The notes below the pieces were generated by a model that saw only the letters and a list, made by a program, of their open reading frames with translations, was not told the origin of the DNA and searched no databases. Below are positions 58,945 through 64,000 of a stretch of DNA of 64,000 nucleotides, one piece after another (within the stretch, counting starts at the first letter, position 1; every line of letters begins with the position of its first letter). The position numbers were made by a program, and so were the translations under genes. Source of the stretch: Yuukianura sp. NJ FZ-2021 (lineage: Eukaryota); contig CM102290.1 in NCBI GenBank assembly GCA_046563655.1, forward strand, positions 4,712,001 to 4,776,000, given 5' to 3'.

Positions 58945-59377
58945 ATTTAGCCTCTTGTCCGTCCAATTGACGAGCTTCAAGCAATACCCACCTATTAAGT
59001 GCCTTACTTTATGCCCATATCCAAAGTTAATTCCGGTGTAAGTATACCTAATACTATTGAAAGTTAGTTAAATATATGTTACAATCTTGTGTTTATTTTA
59101 GAGACCAAAAGGTACAAGTTTAAGAGAGCAGACTTGAATATTGAATATTTTTGAAACCAAAAGTTTTGAACACAGAAGCCCGATGTCTCGGGCAAAAATT
59201 TCACAACTTTGAGCTTTATACTACGGTCTATCAAATCATTACTCAGAAAAAGTTAGGTTACATTCCAGTGTTTCACTGTCAAGGAATTTAAAAATTTTAA
59301 AAATATTGCTTTCACTTTGGTTCGTTAGGGAAGACAAGGAAGTGAGTTGTTTCAAAAGTAGTTTTTCCAAAAAAAAA

Positions 59378-62322
59378 TTAAAATCCCGCCACGCCACCAT
59401 CTTTTCGGTGGTCTGCGTTGGCCAGAATTTCTTCAGTTAGTTTAGTCATACAAACAGAGTTGACACACCCAGTGTTCTCGCCCACTGGATTTCTCTGAGT
59501 TCGTTGACCTTTGCGTTCCAAGTCGTTGATCAAGTAAGATGGCAAACCATATTCATACCAGACGTCGATACTCGTGTCGTTGAAGTCTATTGAGAAGCGA
59601 GGGTAGTCAATAGCTTCTTTGATGTCCATGTTTCGGTACAAAGCTCCCCATGTTGCCTGCGCAGAACAATCAAAAAATTTAACAAACATTTTGAAAAATT
59701 TTCAAAAAAAAAAGTAGTTTTTAGTTTTTTTTTTTACAAATAACGTACAGTTAGCGTGGCTGGTACAATATCTGTTCCACCGGATCCTCCCGTAACCAAA
59801 ACCGGGTCACCATTAGCATTCAGAAAAATGAGTGGACTCATGGAAGATGCAGGTTGCTTTCCTAATGATCATATAAAATTATTAATTAATGCTAATTACT
59901 AATTAATACTAAGGAGGTTCTCGGCTAAGTACCTGGTTCAATGTAGTTCTTTGGATTCCTTGGAAGTCCATACACACCAGATTTATTTGGAAATGAGAAA
60001 TCTAACATCTCATCATTGTAAATGATTCCAGTCATATTTCCCATGAATCCAGCTCCGAATCTAGCAATGAGCAAAAGTAAAAATTAGAAACCTTGGATGG
60101 TTTGAAATAATTTTTGTTGTTCGCAACGTTAGTATCCATTTGGTGAAGTTTCTTACGGAGTGTTGATCGTTGTAGTAAGAGAAACAGCATCACCGGTGGG
60201 TCCAATGATGGAAATATGTGTTGTTCCTGACTCCGGTTCACTGGCGTAAACTGCACCGTAATAGCTCGGATCAGTAGACGTTCGGTAATCCTCAATTTTG
60301 GCACGGAGTTCAGCGGCGTATTCCTTCGATAGCATTCTCTGCAGCAACTAAAATGGCGACAAAATTTTTTTAGAAAAGTTTCGTTTTAAAATTTTTGTGT
60401 AAAAGTAATTTTTTTTATCTTTGCAACCTCATCCAGTTCTCCGGTTTCATCAAATTCTGGATCTGAAATTTGTGCTCGATGAGTAGACGCAAATTTGAGG
60501 ACTTCAATGAAACGATGATGGTCAATTCCATTGTCTATTTGGGTAGGTTCACCTTCCAGTTTTCTATGAATTTTTGAACCAATTACACATAAATTTGAAA
60601 TTTTGAAAATAATGAGACATATCCAAAAATTTGAAAATTGCGACTCTACCCAAACCCATCCAAAATGTTGAGAGCCAAGGCTACCACTGGACCACTTGAT
60701 GGAAACGGTAAGCTAAACATTGTCAAATTGTTGTTAAATTGGACAACGATTGGTTCCACCCAGTCGGCACTGTAATGTAAAAAATCCGGAACTTATAAAC
60801 ACACAATATAATTATAATTAAATTATAATTAATTTGTGTAAAACGTTTATAGCTAACGTGTATTGACTCAGGTCGTCCGCCGTTACAAATCCTCCTCGCT
60901 GCGTAATTTCTTGAACAATTTGAGCCGCCAAAGTCCCATTGTAGAATGCCGTAGCTCCTCCTTCTGCCAAAGTTCCCAGAGTAGCAGCCAACAGAGGGCG
61001 CTTGACCAAGGCACCTATGCCCAAGGGCTCATCCGTTTCAGGGTCAATGAACTCAGACCTGCAAAAAAGCTCACGTTAGATTAAATTAATGAAAACGAGA
61101 TAGCGCTGGATGGCAGTGGACCTACTGTGCTAAATCAGTGCATCATACCTGAGAACAGGATCTGCCAGTAGGAATGACTTGTAGCTGAGCAATTGTTTAG
61201 CCAACTGCTCACTCACAAGAAAACCTTCGTTTGCCAAATCCTGGGCCAATTTGACCAAATCCTGCCATGGGGCTTGGCCAAACTTTTGATGAGCTGCCCA
61301 AAGGCCAGCGAGTTCTCCAGGAACAGCTACTGCAACTCCATCTTTAAGTTCAACAGAAAGGTAGTTAGTGATTAAAAGTAAAACTTCGAAATTTTGGAAA
61401 ATTGTGGGTTAAAATTTTGAAAAAAGTTACTGTCAGGCTTAGTCAACGAATCTGGCGCAAAGTCATCTACGTCAATGGCGTGTGGTGCTCGTTCACGGGC
61501 ATTCAACGAATACATTTTTCCATCTTTGTAGACGCTCATGAATAGACCGCCGCCCAAACCGCTGCTCTGCGGCGACACGACTCCGTGGCAAAGTGCGACC
61601 GTCACGGCTGCATCCACTGCTGATCCATTCATATTCTGCAGAACTTGTCTACAAAACAGTAATGAAAGTTCAATTGAAAACGTTTGTAGTGAAATAAGTT
61701 TTCATGACAACTTGGGAAAGTATATGAAGCTTCAGCTTACCGCCCAAGGTTCGCACAGCGTTCATCTTCCGTACTTATGGCTGCCATCGTGTAGCGTTCC
61801 AAGGTAGAAGTTGAATTAATTGATAAGTTGACTGGATTTGGTGGGTCAAGCATTCGGCTGGCATTTTTGTCCAGAAGTGGCGGAAGTGTGATGGCAAGGA
61901 CAATACCGATTCCAAGGAGAGTCAAGGCCAGTACCACAATTGTTACAATCAGAAGTTGTCGCTGCTTCTTTCTGTTGGACAAATAAACAAAAATAGAATT
62001 GCAAATTGCAATGCAAATTGCGAATTGCTGCAAAAATGCCAACTTTTGTAAATTAACAGAAACAGTTTCATGCACACCGACTTGCATAAGATTCACTGAA
62101 TACTAAAACTTTGCATCTTCCTTCCTTCTCTCCCTCAATAAACTACAAGGTCAAAACTTACATAAAATTATAAACTAAAATTACTGTAAATTCCCCGAAT
62201 TCGGGTTTTTAGTCTTACTTGTTTTGCAAGTGGATCTCCTCCAGAACATTGCTCGTCTCCTTGTAGCTTCCATAGAAAGGACTCCCTTTCTTCTCAATCA
62301 AATTCGTTTTCTCAGAATACAT
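59378..62322 (-). CDS. Second gamma-glutamyl transpeptidase paralog
   Basis: Start MYSEKTNL at 62322, TM LLIVTIVVLALTLLGIGIVLAITL, GSAVDAA, SGLGGG, NARERAP, SGTTHISI, TTTIN, NDEMLDF, QPASSMSP, GGSGG, C-terminal DHRKDGGVAGF*. Confidence 0.92.
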
Positions 62323-63322
62323 TTTCAATTTCAATAGAAAATGACTGTTCTGGAAAAAACAGTTTCAGACACCGGAATTCAGGAATTCTTCTAGAAATCG
62401 CTGAATAGTCCCGTGACGCTATGAAATTCGCACCCGAATTAAGGGAAACCAGTTGCACTAAGAGTAAAAAGATGAAAGTATACTAAAAACGTAGTCACGA
62501 GATGCAAAATTCTGGAAGACGTAAGTACGACTACTAGGGAGGAACTGTCTGATGGGCGAGGATGACCAAGAGGGAGGAGACTAATGCTGTGCTTTTCTAA
62601 ATTACAAAATACAGTATAGCTGAAAAATTGGTAGAACAAAAATTGTACTGATTTAAAATTCAAGTAGTTTGAGCATGACCCAATGACACGGGGTTGAGGC
62701 AATGTAAATTGAGATGAAATAGGAACGTTGTGAATGATTCTAACTATGTCCCATGGGATGATATGTTTCAGTGCTAAACTATTGTTCTGCTCATGATTAC
62801 TTATCGTTATCAGTACAAAACGACTTCAACCAAGTCAACAGTTTTTCATAAACAACATCCATACCTCCATCTACATTCTACAGTTATGCCAGAAACCCTA
62901 TGATTTCAAGACACATATTTACTTTTGTGTATTGGATGAAGTACTACTATGTGTAGAAAAATAGTTCTGGAAGCAAAAGGAGAAATAGCAGAGATGAACA
63001 AGTAATTAGACTCAATTAAACAATTGATTTAAAACAGAATGACAATGAAAAACATTCATGTCGGTCCTGTGATCCGTCTAAATCAAAATGAAAATGGTTA
63101 AGAAAATAAGTGCTTAGTTTCAGTTGAGTATATTCTGCGTAGTAAGTAACTTTATGTATAATAAATTGATGGAGTTTCGGAACATATGCATAATACAAAT
63201 TCAGTATTTTTCGGAACACTTACCATAATTTTAGTACTAACATGAAATATGAAATTACATTGATAACAATATGAACCTCTGCACTCTGAATTAATTCATT
63301 TGATGAGAGTATGAGATTTGCA

Positions 63323-64000
63323 TTAGCGAGGCGCAGGCCAATGTGGTTGGTAGTAGTATGAAGACGGATAGTGCGGTGGCTGAGAACGAATAGCATACTG
63401 TCGTTGTCCTGACGATTGTGCACCAAGTGCGAATCGACTATCGGCATGTCTTCCTTGTTGCATTGCCAGTGCTGCAGCACTTGTCGACGGTTCCCCATGC
63501 GAGAGTGAGCGCTGAACTTGAACAGGAACCATGCTTCCAGAGTTACCTGCAATAGTGTGCAAAGTTAAATATTTCACTTTTCAGTTAAAAGTTTAACGAA
63601 CTTAAACCTAAGGCAACTACTCGGCGGCCATCGCTTATCTCAATCTCAATGGTTCGAACCTTAGTAGATTCGTATTTTAAAAAATTTTTAGTTTCTTTAA
63701 GTTAATTTCAGTTTCGTTAATTTTCGAGGTTAAAAAACATTTTACTTCCCCAACCTAATTTTTTTTTTCAATTTCTCGGTTTTCGAAATACGTAATCTCA
63801 ATTTCTTTAACTGAAACGGAAAAACTCCCACCCCTAAAAATATACATGACTGACCTGGAACTTCCTGTCCACGCAGATTCATGTGTTGCATAATAGTAGT
63901 TGCCGATTGGCTAGTTACTGGCGGGTGGATTGTCATAGCGTGCTGTTGGCTCTGCGCATATCCAAGAACTGGAAATTGACTGGCGTTTTCACCATGTGAG
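63323..64000 (-). CDS. 3' terminal exons of an unidentified gene (Gln/Ser/His-rich C-terminus); continues beyond the window
   Basis: Exon >64000-63855 (..QHMNLRGQEVP, donor GTCAGT) joins in phase 1 to exon 63547-63323 (GNSGSMVP..YYYQPHWPAPR*). Confidence 0.6.

Overview
Eukaryotic (animal, probably arthropod-like) genomic DNA with GT-AG introns. A compact, short-intron gene block at ~13.7-34.6 kb is flanked by AT-rich regions with longer introns. Genes reconstructed by hand from splice sites and frame continuity, in order: an LRR protein with signal peptide (-, 3' end unresolved); an orphan multi-exon membrane-protein gene (+); phosphoserine phosphatase (-), head-to-head with the RNA polymerase III largest subunit (+); cysteine string protein (+); a coiled-coil protein (-); a PLEKHM1-like RUN+RH protein (-); a divergent LOTUS+Tudor (TDRD5/Tejas-like) protein (-); a mucin-like type I membrane protein (+); an orphan class A GPCR (+); two convergent gamma-glutamyl transpeptidase paralogs; and the 3' end of an unknown gene (-). 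Non-autonomous mobile DNA: a DINE-1/Helentron-like element, a TA-flanked hairpin MITE in a Pol III intron, a mosaic inverted/direct repeat rich in TGACGTCA, and a hAT-like element carrying a 131-bp tandem array. No CRISPR array, rRNA or tRNA was recognised. I found no clearly new biological system. The best leads are the divergent LOTUS-Tudor protein, the Pol III subunit with apparent deletions, a possible N-terminally extended PSPH isoform, the atypical GPCR and the satellite-bearing hAT element.
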